Assembly: GCF_006345805.1 (NCBI RefSeq)
Contig: NC_043006.1
Coordinates: 71,238,001-71,302,000 of the forward strand
From: Octopus sinensis
Taxonomy: Eukaryota
Direction: 5' to 3'
Length of the DNA stretch: 64,000 nt
Shown: in pieces, positions 1-12,379 of the stretch
Layout: each line of letters starts with the position of its first letter
How positions within the stretch are numbered: the stretch's first letter is position 1
The notes under the pieces: generated by a model
What the model was told of the DNA's origin: nothing
Databases searched by the model: none
The model's input: only the letters and a program-made list of their open reading frames with translations
Position numbers and translations under genes: made by a program

Positions 1-470
1 CATCTCCATATTTTTCTCACTCAAAAGTTATCATCATGAAAAAACAATGATTTCTTTGCGTTCATTACAGCAGTTACATCAATGTTAGTGACTTGTAAAT
101 GCTTTACTAAACTCGAGTGCCCTCTGGAGCAGATTTTGAAGACCGATGGGTAAACCCCTCGTTATCGAACTGGATGAATTCGCATTTGGGTATATCTTTA
201 ATTTTCTTCAACCATTCAATGATTGCGCTGCTACGTGTCCATTGAGTAAGATTTGATGCGGCTCTTATGTGACGCACGATATTGTCTAGAATAGATTCGC
301 TAATAAAGCCTATTTCGCTTTTGCCTGAAATTATTTTTATGGTCCTTCAAAGTTACAAAAGATTTTCGTGAGATGAGTTGTTCTACTCTATCTTCGATCT
401 TAAATTTCATGGCTAAGTTTTCTTGCCTCATCGTTGATTAAATTGTACGTCCTAGGGTTCGTCTTTTAAT
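1..470 (-). mobile_element. Degenerate Penelope-like element (PLE) reverse transcriptase fragment
   Basis: Minus-strand translation across frameshifts gives KIEDRVEQLISRKSFVTLKDHKNNF, then ILDNIVRHIRAASNLTQW, IIEWLKKIKDIPKCEFIQFD and NAKKSLFF. This matches the PLE RT pattern AFITLKDHK-x-F...NQW...FIQFDI...RKSLLF. It runs off the left edge. Confidence 0.8.
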
Positions 471-560
471 TATATATATATATATATATATATCATTCGC
501 CATGATAGATCGCTAGCCACTAAGCCCTTATTATTTTCTCTCCCTGTTTATTTCTGTGTT

Positions 561-599
561 CCTTTTAGTCGAAGAGCGTAGGCTCGAAACGTAAAAGAC
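561..599 (+). ncRNA. Hammerhead-like motif, family A, copy 1 (core degenerate)
   Basis: Stem II GAGC-GUAG-GCUC, then GAAAC-GU-A with palindromic ACGU stem III; the core is eroded to UAGUCGA. Confidence 0.35.
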
Positions 600-741
600 T
601 TTCTCAATTCCCGAGCGTTACACTAATACAACTGTTTGTTGTTTACTCACCCATCTTTGTTTTTTGTTTTTTGTTTTTTATAAATTCTCACTATATATAT
701 TTTTTTTTTCTCTTCTTCTTTCTGTGTTTTTTCTCTGTGTA

Positions 742-779
742 TCTTTCTGTTGAAGAGCGTAGGCTCGAAACGTTAAAGA
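742..779 (+). ncRNA. Minimal type I hammerhead-like motif, family A, copy 2 (variant core)
   Basis: Stem I UCUUU(742-746)/AAAGA(775-779); core CUGUUGA plus an extra A; stem II GAGC/GCUC with GUAG loop; GAAAC; GUU triplet at 772-774. Confidence 0.55.
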
Positions 780-984
780 CTTGTTTTATTTATATTTCCT
801 GAGCGTCATACTAATACAATTGTTTGTTTGTATTCCACCTGCCTTCGTCTTTTGTTTAATTCCGTAAACCTGCCTTCGTCTTTTCTCTATTTTCATAAAG
901 CTTCCCGTTATATGTATATATATATATATATATATATTAGTTATGTTATTGATTAGCAATTTATTATGTGTGAAATTACCTACT

Positions 985-1135
985 TTATAAACATTTTCTG
1001 CCTGATCTGCAGGCCGAGGTCGCCTTTGCCTTTCATCCTTTTGGAGTCTATAAATAACTGCTGGGCACTGAGGTATATGCAATCGACTGGCCTCTTCCCT
1101 AGAATGGCTGGTTTTGTACCAAAATTAGAAGGAAT
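985..1135 (+). mobile_element. SINE family 2, diverged copy (tail type Y)
   Basis: Contains gccgaggtcgcctttgcctttcatccttttggagtc, the body shared with many copies in the window, and ends ...gtaccaaaattagaaggaattatt. Confidence 0.7.
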
Positions 1136-1842
1136 TATTATGATGACGGTGGTGATGGTGGTAATAGTGGTGTGGTTGACGATCACAATGATGATGTTGA
1201 CAAAAAGTAAGAGAAGGAAGGATGGGATGTGGTGGGATGCATAATGGGGAGGTTGACGGTGTGCTGGAATATGATGGTGGTGGAGTAGTTGTAGTGATGG
1301 CGGTGGTGATGAAGATGACGTCGAGGATGACGACTAGTATGATGGTGATGATGAGGACGAATATGATGATGATAAGGAGGAGGAGGAGGAGGAGGAGGAG
1401 GATGAAGACAACGACCATGATGATGATGATGTGGAGAAAGAGGATGAAAAGGACGACGACGACGGTGGGGGGGTTGTAGTGGTGGTGGTGGTCGTCGTCG
1501 TCGTTGTGGTGTTAGTGTTAGTGGTGGTAGTGGTGGTGGTTGTAGTGGTGGTTATGGTGGTGGTGGTGGTGGTTGTAGTGGTGGTTATAGTGGTGGTGGT
1601 TGCGGCGGTGGGGATGGTCGTCGTCGTCGTTGTGGTGTTAGTGTTAGTGGTGGTAGTGGTGGTGGTTGTAGTGGTGGTTATGGTGGTGGTGATAGTGATG
1701 GTGGTGGATTTGGTGGTTATGGTGGGGGTGGTGGTAGTGAGGGTGGTGGATTTGGTGGTGGTGGTGGTGGTGGTGGTGGCAGTGGTTGTGGTGGTGGTTA
1801 TGGTGGTGGTGGTGGTAGTGGTGGTGGTGGTGGTGGATAATC

Positions 1843-2020
1843 CAAACCAGTAAACTAAAGTTGGACGACACCCAGTTAGTTACATATCTTTGTAACGTGA
1901 GTTAATCTGACAGAAAATCCAATATGTAAATCAGATAGAAGGAGAAGAGGAGGAGAAAAACGCAGCTAATAACGCTAGAGGATGCGTGTGTGTGTGTTTA
2001 TATATGCGCATATATATATA
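1843..2020 (+). repeat. Unique-sequence core, copy 1 of a local duplication
   Basis: caaaccagtaaactaaagttggacgacacccagttagttacatatc...gcagctaataacgctagagg recurs at 3537 with about 3 substitutions in ~150 bp. Confidence 0.9.
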
Positions 2021-2187
2021 TGTATGTGTGTGTGCGCACGCGCGAATGTATATATATATGTGTGTGTGTGTGTAAGAGAAGCACAAAATGTATGGTTTAT
2101 GTGTGTACATGTTTGTAGATATATATACTCGTGTATTAAATGTTTATATACATATACATATATAATTATACTTATCTATATATATAT

Positions 2188-2245
<58 letters not shown>

Positions 2246-2496
2246 CACGTATATGCGTATGTTTATATATATTACGTGTGTGTGTGTACACACAAAGACC
2301 TATACATACAAGTAAACAAATACAGTTATATCTACAGAATGTATACATGTGTGCGTGTATTATTTATGCATATGTGTGTGTACGTATATATATACATACA
2401 CATACAAACATTTACATATATTGTATATGTGCATGTGTGTGTGTATGTATGTATATATATATAATATATATATATATATATCTATATATATATGTA

Positions 2497-2601
<105 letters not shown>

Positions 2602-2863
2602 CATATACATACATAGACACCATACATATGTGTGTGTGTCTGTGTCTGTGTATTATATCCGTTTGTTTCTCTACGTATACACAAACAAACATAAACACAC
2701 GCACATAACCAAACGAGAAGATAAATACAGATATACACACACATACAAATATACATAGGAACATACATACATACATAAACACATACATACATACATACAT
2801 ACATACATACATTCATACATACATACATACATACATACATACATACATACATACATACATACA

Positions 2864-2897
<34 letters not shown>

Positions 2898-3536
2898 CGT
2901 ACACATATGTACATATAAGAATTAGAAAAAATTAAGTCTTTCAGGATATTCGATGAATTAAAGGCTTTGTGGTTGAGCGGAGTTGTGGTTGTGCGTGTGT
3001 GGTGTGTGATTGTGGTAAGGATAGTGGTAGCGAATTGGTGATGGGTGTGTAAAGATGGAGGTGAGAGATGAAGGAGAAGGAAAAGAAGTAGTGGAAGAAG
3101 TTAGGAAGGAAGAAGAAGAAGAAGAAGAAGAAGAAAGAAAGAAAGAAAGAAAGGAGGTGAAGTGGAAGAAATTGAAGAACAACAACATGATGTTGATGAT
3201 GATGAATAAAGAAGAAGTAGAAGAACAACAACAACGAGGAACAACAACAACAACAAGAAAAACAAGAAGAAGAAGAAGAAGAAGAAAAGAGAAGAAGAAG
3301 AAGAAGAAGAACAACAACAACAACAACAACAACAACAAGGTGGGGATAACGATGATGATGGTGGTGTTGATGACAATGAGAATGATGATTAGTAGGGGAG
3401 TGGATAGTCGGATTATAATACGAAGAGTGATAATGGGGGTGTGAGGATAATACCGATGATGATGATGACGACGATGAGTTGTTGTTGGTGGTGGTGGTGG
3501 TGGTGGTGGTGACGACGACGACGATGATGATGCTTA

Positions 3537-3725
3537 CAAACCAGTAAACTAAAGTCGGACGACACCCAGTTAGTTACATATCTTTGTAACGTGAGTTAAT
3601 CTGACAGAAAATCCAATATGTAAATCAGATAGAAGGAGAAGAGGAGGAGAAAAACGCAGCTAATAACGATAGAGGATGTGTGTGTGTGTGCGTTTATATA
3701 TGCGCATATATATATATATATATAT
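3537..3725 (+). repeat. Unique-sequence core, copy 2 of a local duplication
   Basis: Near-identical to 1843-2020; offset 1694 bp. Confidence 0.9.
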
Positions 3726-3886
3726 ATAATGTATGTGTGTATGTATGTGTGTATGTATGTGTTTGCACGTGCGTGTGTGCGTGTGTGTGTGTGTGTGGCG
3801 TGTGCGTGTATGCGTTACAATCTATATACATACATAAGCACACACATATATATCAGTATATATATACATACATACATATATATATA

Positions 3887-3936
<50 letters not shown>

Positions 3937-3978
3937 GATATATATATATATATATAGATAATATATATATAAACACAG

Positions 3979-4026
<48 letters not shown>

Positions 4027-4047
4027 GTATATATATATATATATGTA

Positions 4048-4095
<48 letters not shown>

Positions 4096-4398
4096 CACAC
4101 AGAGTTTGTGTGTGTGTTGTATGTATGATATATGGAATATCATATATTATATTTATAATATATATTATATATGTTATACATATATATGTATGTATATACA
4201 TAAGTATTTATGTATATAAAATTGAAGACTTGAAGGATATTTGGAGAATTAAAAGTTTTGCTTTCAGGTGTGGAGCGCTGTATGTGTGAGAGAAGGGTTG
4301 GAGATTAGGGGAGGGTGGGAGGGTGGGTTGTTGAATAAGTGTGGGGAGGAACAAGATGAAGAAGTTTGTATGATGACGATGTTGGTGATAATGATGAT

Positions 4399-4429
<31 letters not shown>

Positions 4430-4883
4430 ACGATGATGACGATGATGACGATGATGACGATGAGGAGATGATCCATAATGTTTATGATGATGGTGATGAT
4501 AATAATGACGAAGATGACGAGGAGAATAAAAGAAAAGATGATGTAAAGGAGGAAGAGGAGGAGGAGAAGTAGTGATGGTGGTAGTGGTGGTGGTGGTGGT
4601 GGTGGTGTTGGTGCAGGTGGTGGTGGTGGTGGTATTTGTAGTGGAACGGGGAGGCATAAAGGGAAAAGGAGGAGGAAGACAAGAGGAAGAAGGAAGACAG
4701 GTCCCACGTGTATAACAATAAAAGAAAACAATAGCTAAATCGGTGCCGTCATCTTATAGTTTCAGATATCAAAGTACCTAATTAGGCATAGTCATCAGGT
4801 ATGTAAAATGATCAATTAATGTTTTAATTATTTTTGCAGGTACTAGTAGCAATTCTGGACATGTTTCAGGCATATATATGATT

Positions 4884-4930
4884 ACACTGATGAGGTCTAA
4901 TACGACTGAAACATGTCAAGAGTTGTCTGT
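4884..4930 (+). ncRNA. Type I hammerhead-like motif, family B
   Basis: Canonical core CUGAUGA(4887-4893); stem II GGUC-UAAUAC-GACU; GAAAC(4908-4912); possible GUC triplet at 4925-4927 with stem I ACA/UGU. Stems I and III are short. Confidence 0.5.
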
Positions 4931-5471
4931 CTCTACAAGTCGCAAAGCAGTTTAACGAACCGCTGACTTCACCGTAATTATCTGAATAGTAGTGACGGAA
5001 TCACTGAGCAAACGAACCGTTCTTGTTTGTCCTAGCTCGATTTATGCGTTCGCCACCACAACCTCGCTTAGGCTTAGCAGTTCTCCCTGTTTGTTTTCAC
5101 TGTCCTGTTTGTGTAACCAATTTTGACCCTCCGCAAACTCCCAAATTTTATGTAATTTGCTTTGCGGGAGCAACCATTTTATCGAAAGCGTATATTGTTG
5201 TATATGCTTAAAATACGAAACTAGAAAAACAGCCAACAACTGATGAAGGGTCGTTCTTTATGTTCCTTGTTTTGTTTTCCAGTTTTGTCTTTCGTTGTTC
5301 GAAAGAATAATTCATGTTCCATGTACTCGTGCTTCGTACTATTTTGTTGTACACGTTTCGTGACGTCCTGTGCCCACATATGCATATAGATATATATATA
5401 TATACGTATAGATGTAAATATGTAATATATGCTGTATATATGCATATATATATATATAAGATATATATATA

Positions 5472-5514
<43 letters not shown>

Positions 5515-5539
5515 CTATATATATTATATATATATATAT

Positions 5540-5774
5540 ATATTCTTTTACTTTTGTTTGTTTCAGTCATTTTGACTGCGACCATGCTGGATCACCACCT
5601 TTAGTCGAGCAAATCGACCCCAGGACTTATTCTTTGTTAGCCTAGTACTTATTCTATCGGTCGCTATTGCCGAACCGCTAAGTTACGGGGACGTAAACAT
5701 ACCAGCATCGGTTGTCAAGCGATGTTGAGGGGACAAACACAAACACATAAATATATGCACGCACACACACACAC

Positions 5775-5818
<44 letters not shown>

Positions 5819-5985
5819 GACGTGCTTTGTTTCAGTTTCCATCTAACAAATCCACTCACAAGGCTTTGGTCGGTCCGAGGTTATAGCAGAAAACACCTGC
5901 CCAAGGTGCCATGCAGTGGGACTGAACCCAGAACCATGTGGTTGGGAAGCAAGCGGTCTTAGCACACAACCAAGCCTGCGCATTC
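5540..5985 (-). mobile_element. SINE family 1 (tRNA-like head, internal CA/TA tract)
   Basis: The reverse complement has the head ...accacatggttctgggttcagtcccactgcatggcaccttgggcagg and the tail ...ccagcatggtcgcagtcaaaatgactgaaacaa. Other copies lie at ~8960-9090, 10815-10960, 11590-11700, 19150-19540, 31880-32030, 32666-33050, 39040-39385, 39735-40105 and 50805-51160. Confidence 0.85.
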
Positions 5986-6570
5986 ACACACACACACACA
6001 CACATACACACACACTTTTTAACTAGTTTCAGCTCTAGAAGTGCGGCCATGCTGGAGCACCTCTGATGTGTGATATTTGGTGAATGAGGGAGTTTCATGA
6101 TGTTGCCTTCATCTGCGTTTCCTACCTTGAGCTAGGCTCATCCGGAATACATGTTGGCCAGATGCTACGTAGCTAATTCGAAGATACATACCCGCTCTCC
6201 GTTTATTCAATTCTGAGATGAAATAAGAGATGGGAGTCTGAGTGGGTGGTCAGTAAAAATAGATGGTGTATAAAAGGAATATAAAAATGTTTATATATAC
6301 ATACACACATACATATATGTGTGTGTATATATGTGTGTGTATATGTGTATACACACACACACATATATGTATGTGTCTATCTTATGCATATATGTAATAA
6401 GAAATGAAATAAGAGGCGATTTTTTTTATTACGTAACGAACGTTTCCATGAGAACGGCTGTTTATTGTTTATTTGTAGATTACATAATGGAGCAAAATAA
6501 ATTATTTCATCAGAGATTACTTGAATTATCAAGATACAATATATACATAAATATATTAATATATATTTAC

Positions 6571-6616
<46 letters not shown>

Positions 6617-6724
6617 ATGTATGTATGTTTGTATATATATATATATAAAGAGAGAGAAATAAATTAATCGGTATAGATGACTTTAAAATGGACAAAGACT
6701 CTGTGTGTGTGTGTGTGTGTGTGT

Positions 6725-7950
6725 GCAAGAATAATCTCCTTAGGAACATTCAGTGCATATCCCAGTGCATATTCCACGTCTCAAATGCCCCGCAAAAGTC
6801 TTTTCTTGAACCGCATCCTTTCCGGCTTGTGATTCCGTTTGAGTTTCATATACGACCTCAAAGGGAGATCCTTTCAGCCTCACTTCCCTTCTGGGAAACA
6901 CGGCAAATTCACAAGGGAATACAGTTAGGCACTGCTTTGTGTCGAGTGCCAAGAACTGAGGTAGAATTTCGCAGCAACACGATTCATGTTCAGAATTTTT
7001 CTTGAGAATTTTCTGGCATACCGCATAACTACTTAAATCATGTCAGAGATCTGGTGGGTTATTCTTTTAGATGACTCTACCAATTTATTTTCCGCGATGC
7101 TCCAGCATGACTGCATCCGCATGGCTGAAACAAATAAAAGAATTTAAAAAAATAAAGAATTTTCTTGCTAAAGATTCATCACCCTGAACGCTCATCGCCT
7201 TCAACCGACACTCGATCAGGCTTGAAAACAACGTACTTCCCAAGAACACGCTTTCGATATGAAATACCATATCTAATGGCATATAAAAAGCCCCTTTTCC
7301 CACAAAAAAGTCTCAAAAAATAACTTGGGTCTTATATGCGAAGTTGGGACTCCCATAGCTTTAATGCACTAAAAAACTTATTTATTGAATATCACGTGAC
7401 CACGTGACCGACCAGACCATCAGATGTTGTTACACATCGCTGGTCACAATGCGTTCGCATTGTTTTAGCCTTCGAATGACGCCACACCGCTGGCTAAGCG
7501 AGCAGGCCAACAGAAGAAAGAGTGAGAGAAAGTGTGGTGAAAGAGTACAGCAGGGATCACCACCCCCTGCCGGAGCCTCGTGGAGCTTTTTAGGAGTTTT
7601 CGCTCAATAAACACTCACAACGCCCGGTCTAGGAATCGAAACCGCGATCCTACGACCGCGAGTCCGCTGCCCTAACCACTGGGCTATTGCGCCTCCACAT
7701 TTATTGAATATACGCTACTAAAACTGGAATTGGATTTAATACGCCAGTGTGTATTTTATGCCATCAAATACGGTATCTTCACCAAAGTCTTGATGAAGTA
7801 TTTCGAGGCCGAGCTTATTTACCAAGCTTTATGCAAAACTGGATACAGTCACGTTACTCAAATTCAGCAATTATCGAAGAGCCTTTCTGACACGTATCTA
7901 CAAAACCTCGCGTAGGAAGCATGAATTCTATTTGTAGATTGACTTATAGG
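6725..7950 (-). mobile_element. Degenerate mariner transposase remnant, interrupted by a SINE
   Basis: Minus-strand pieces: RDCIQFCIKLGK...EILHQDFGEDTV (N-terminal, ~7790-7860), RKILNMNRVAAKF, and CEFAVFPRREVRLKGSPFEVVYETQTESQAGKDAVQEKTFAG...GDY (C-terminal). These match mariner EQRxxIKFCxKLGK, VxAKFVP and PCDFFLFPxLKxxLKGxRF motifs. TIRs were not identified. Confidence 0.75.
7393..7697 (-). mobile_element. SINE family 3a, tRNA-derived head
   Basis: The reverse complement starts tggaggcgcaatagcccagtggttagggcagcggactcgcggtcgtaggatcgcggtttcgattcctagaccggg (A-box and B-box like), followed by a non-tRNA body. A 3' fragment occurs at ~11325-11425. Confidence 0.85.
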
Positions 7951-8010
7951 ATCGTCAGCTGCTTAGGTTTTATCCGAGCAGTATGTTCGCAGCACCTGCA
8001 GTCTGGACCG

Positions 8011-8518
8011 AATGAGACGATTTGACACAGCTGTTTTGGAGCTGACGATTTGGCACGGTTGACTGGACGTTCAACGTGTTTTGGCCACAGTACTTTTGAC
8101 GCAGGAGGTAAAGAAACGCGCACAGAAACATACACATAGCGATTGAAAGAGTAAGAGGGAGAAAGAGGGAGTAAGAGAGAGAGTGGCGAGGGAGCGAGAG
8201 AGAGAGAAAGAGGAAGAGGGAGTGGCAGTGAGAAAGAGAGATAATTTATTTATTGAACACGACTGACACAAACACTTTTCCTCTCCTCCTACACGTAAAG
8301 AGAAATATGCTCAAGCACATAAACTAAGAGAGACATTACACATGCACAAATAAAATTAGATGCTCACAAATATACACAGTGAGGGGAGGGGAAGGAGAGA
8401 GAGAAAGAGAGATGTGGGAGAGAACGAGAAAAACATTAAAACGTCTGATGTCAAGTCAGCATTGAATCAAAGACGCCAGATAAGTAGCGCCAAAACGGCT
8501 GTGCCAAAACGTCTCATA
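8011..8518. mobile_element. MITE-like element with ~30-bp imperfect TIRs
   Basis: The left end atgagacgatttgacacagctgttttggagct is the near reverse complement of the right end agcgccaaaacggctgtgccaaaacgtctcat. The interior is GA-rich; the superfamily is not assigned. Confidence 0.55.
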
Positions 8519-9290
8519 CACCAGTCTGAAAACTTTCTGACATCTGATATCATGAAACTTATCTATAAGCATACATACACATGTACATATGCATTTTCAG
8601 GTGTATATAATTATCATAGATATATATATATATACACATATACACACAAATTAACGTTCACGTGTACTTTTAAATGTCGGATATTAACGTCTACTGACTG
8701 AGCTCAGCTTACACTAGTATGTGTGTGCTAATACAGAATGTGTGTGTGCACGCGCACATACACACACACACACACGCGCGCGCGCGCGCGCGCGCACACA
8801 CACATATATATATATATGGCCTCTGACAGTAGAGTCGGACAAGCTGTCCATAAAGCTTAGCGCTTTATGAATGCGAAACCATTGGTCATTCTATGACCGA
8901 ACATATATTTAACTGCATGTAAATATATATAAACATATGTGTGTATATCATATATTATTTTATCTTTTCTTTGTTTCAGTTATTGGGCTGCGGCTATGCT
9001 GGGGCACCGCCTTGAAGTCCAATCAATCAACGTTAGCACTATTTATTTTTTAAACATCTGGTACTTATTCTACGGAAAAGGTAGGCAATCAACCATTCCA
9101 TTGTAAAAAAATCAAATCAATATCATAGTCTACAGAAAGCAATCCTTCAATTCCATATTGCTCATGTGTGTGTTTGCGTGCGTGTGTATACATACATACA
9201 TACATACATACATACATACATACATACATACATACATACATACATACATACATACATACATAGACACACATACATACATACACACACACA

Positions 9291-9568
9291 GATCCAATTC
9301 ATCACTGGAACTGCAAAAATCTATAAAACTTTCCAGAAGTTTACCATTTAAATATATATGAGCATGTTCAGATATGCAACTATATGCATGGGAATACATA
9401 CATAAAACAAAACATACAAATCTGCGCATATACATACTTGCATACATACATAAAAACAAAAATACCCTGTTGTTGATGTTGAAATTCCAATGAAGGAGCC
9501 TTGGGTCTAGGTTAGAAACCGGTTCTTTCTCTATTGGCAAGAAATCTTGAAATGAAACTGAAGTATGA
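9291..9568 (+). mobile_element. R4/Dong-like (RLE) non-LTR retrotransposon, short 3' fragment in (CATA)n
   Basis: Encodes QIQFITGTAKIYKTFQKFTI* plus the same 3' UTR as 9667-10433; (CATA)n on both sides. Confidence 0.75.
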
Positions 9569-9666
9569 CATACATACATACGTACACACACACACACACA
9601 CATACATACATACATACATACATACATACATACATACATACATACATACATACATACATACATACA

Positions 9667-10433
9667 TGATAGTAATATTGATCATCAAAGCAGTCTATCA
9701 TGGACCAACAACCGGATAACTATCTTCTACTTTGAAAGGTATGCGTTTGCAATCCAGGAACGGGAAATATCAACCAAATACCTGATGTACACAACGGACG
9801 GAGGTGCAGGAAAAGCAGTAAAATGTGACACCCGATGCAGACATTGTGGAGTTAACACAGAAGATATTACCCACATCATAAGCAGTCGTCTGAAAATGTC
9901 ATCACGGCGTTATCTACCGATGAGACATGATGTTGTAGCTGGGACAACGTATAACCAGAGCCATCGGAAGGATGACCCGAGGGCAAGGAAATAAGAATCC
10001 ACAGAACTATCGAGAAATTTGCAGTTATTTTATCCAAATTGCAAGTTCAGGTTTATACCTTAATTATTAGGGCACTGGGATATGTAACACACTGCCTAAA
10101 TACCAATCTTGAAAAATTAGGCTTCTCAAAACCAGAAAGGAGAAAGCTAATCCGAAGACTACAGATCCAATCCATCACTGGAACCGTGAAAATCCGAAAA
10201 ACTTTCCAGAAGTTTATCATTTGAGTATATATGTGCATGTTTAGATATGTAACTATATGCATGAGAATATATACATAAAACAAAGCATACAAATCTGCAC
10301 ATACACATATACATATACATACATACAAAAATACCCCGTTGATGTTGAAATTCCAATAAAGGAGCCTTGAATCTAGTTTAGAAACAGGCTCTTTCTCTAT
10401 TGGCAAGAAATTTGAAATAAAACTGAATAATGA
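9667..10433 (+). mobile_element. R4/Dong-like (RLE) non-LTR retrotransposon, 5'-truncated, in (CATA)n
   Basis: Contains FAIQEREI, the zinc knuckle CRHCGVNTEDITHIISS, RHDVVA, and the C-terminus IIRALGYVTHCLNTNLEKLGFS...QIQSITGTVKIRKTFQKFII*. The PD..D nuclease core is deleted. It starts and ends directly at (CATA)n. Confidence 0.8.
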
Positions 10434-10525
10434 CATACATACATACATACATACATACATACATACATACATACATACATACATACATACATACATACAT
10501 ACATACATACATACACACATACCCC

Positions 10526-10795
<270 letters not shown>

Positions 10796-10957
10796 CAATA
10801 TATATATATATATATACGCCGGGCTTCTTTCAGTTTCCGTCTACCAAATCCACTCACAAGACTTTGGTCGGCCCAAGGTTATAGTGAAAGACACTTGCAG
10901 TGGGACTGTACCGGGAACCATGTGGTTAGTAAGCAAGTTACCACACAGCCACGCCTG

Positions 10958-11033
<76 letters not shown>

Positions 11034-11086
11034 CATACATACATAAATACATATTATAATATATAAATATAATATATATATATATA

Positions 11087-11134
<48 letters not shown>

Positions 11135-11292
11135 ATATCTATACCCGGAGTAAACACATAATGTGAAACAAGGTGGAAAAAAAAGGTACTCAAATACCAG
11201 TGGTAGACTAATATGCTGTATTTAAAGCAGCAGAAAATTCTACAAAACCTGTTTACAATGAGTTTCACGTATTCCGTTCACGAATAGCTTTG

Positions 11293-11325
<33 letters not shown>

Positions 11326-11770
11326 CCTGCTTCGTGGTGGCGTCATTTGAAGGCTAAAACAATGCGAAGCGCCTTGTGGCCAGCGATGTGTAGCAACATC
11401 TGATAGTCTGGTCGGTCACGGTGATATATATATATATATATATATATATAGTATATATATATACACAATGGGCTTCTTTCAGTTTCCGTCTACTTTCTCA
11501 TGCTTTCTCTTTCTGACTGTTGCTATTTCTTTTTCTCTTTCTTTCGTTTCTCTCTTTCTCCCTCTCTCTCTCTCTCTCTTTCTCTCGGCTCCAGGCTAGA
11601 GCAGAAGACACTTGCCCAAGGTCCTACGCAGTGGGACTGAACCCGGAACCATGAGGTTGGTAAGCAAGCTACTTACCACACAGCCACGCCTGCGTCTACA
11701 TATATACATATTTATTTGTGCGTTTGTATGCATGTGTGTACATGTGTGTGTGTGTGTGCACGTGCGTGCG

Positions 11771-11825
<55 letters not shown>

Positions 11826-11843
11826 ATATGAGAATATATAATC

Positions 11844-12095
11844 CAGTGGTTCTCAAGCATGTTTTATCTAAGGACCCCTTTGAATTTTACTTTACTTGGG
11901 TGGATCATTGTAGCCATTCAATACTTAAAAAATCCTGCTACGTTTTTGTAATTGAATATTGTTTGGAATTGTATAAAAATTGTTAAAACATTTTGTATAT
12001 GATTGAAGTATAAGCAATGAATTGCTCATAAATTTTAACAATAAATGTTTATACGCACCCCGAAAGGTCACGCGGACCCCAGTTAAGAACCACTG
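11844..12095 (+). mobile_element. hAT-type MITE
   Basis: TIRs cagtggttctcaa / ttaagaaccactg; subterminal ggacccc motifs. No clear 8-bp TSD. Confidence 0.7.
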
Positions 12096-12379
12096 GTCTA
12101 GATATATAGGTACACTGCCGAACACACAGATACAAAGTAGCGACACACGCTACGTAGGTCTGTCTGTGCAGGTGCGCACACGATTTCGTGTGTGCGCGCG
12201 CGCGCGTGTATGTTGAGAGAGAGAGAGAGAGAAAGACAGAGAGACAGAGAGATAACCAGCATAACAGAGACTGAGAAAGGGGGGGAGAGAGGGGGGAAGA
12301 AAGAAAGAAAGAGAGAAAGAAAGAAAGAAAGAAAAATAGCAACAGTCGGAAAGAGAAGGCATGAGAAGGATGCCTGCCT

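Larger units (their letters stand above)
530..905 (+). repeat. Two tandem ~190-bp PLE pseudo-LTR-like repeats
   Basis: gaagagcgtaggctcgaaacgt(a/t)aaagact...gagcgt(t/c)a(c/t)actaataca(a/at)tgtttgtt occurs at ~561-660 and ~742-850, next to the PLE RT fragment. Confidence 0.75.

Noticed and set aside
5238-5310. ctgatgaagg as a fifth hammerhead
   Set aside because: No stem II closing onto a GAAA, and no matching stem I or III could be built.
7620-7697. tRNA gene
   Set aside because: A and B boxes are present, but the sequence continues into a SINE body found elsewhere; the same holds for the other tRNA-like heads.
11235-11285. Minus-strand hammerhead-like fold (acg-gaata-cgt-gaaac)
   Set aside because: The core has three mismatches to CUGANGA and stem I does not pair.
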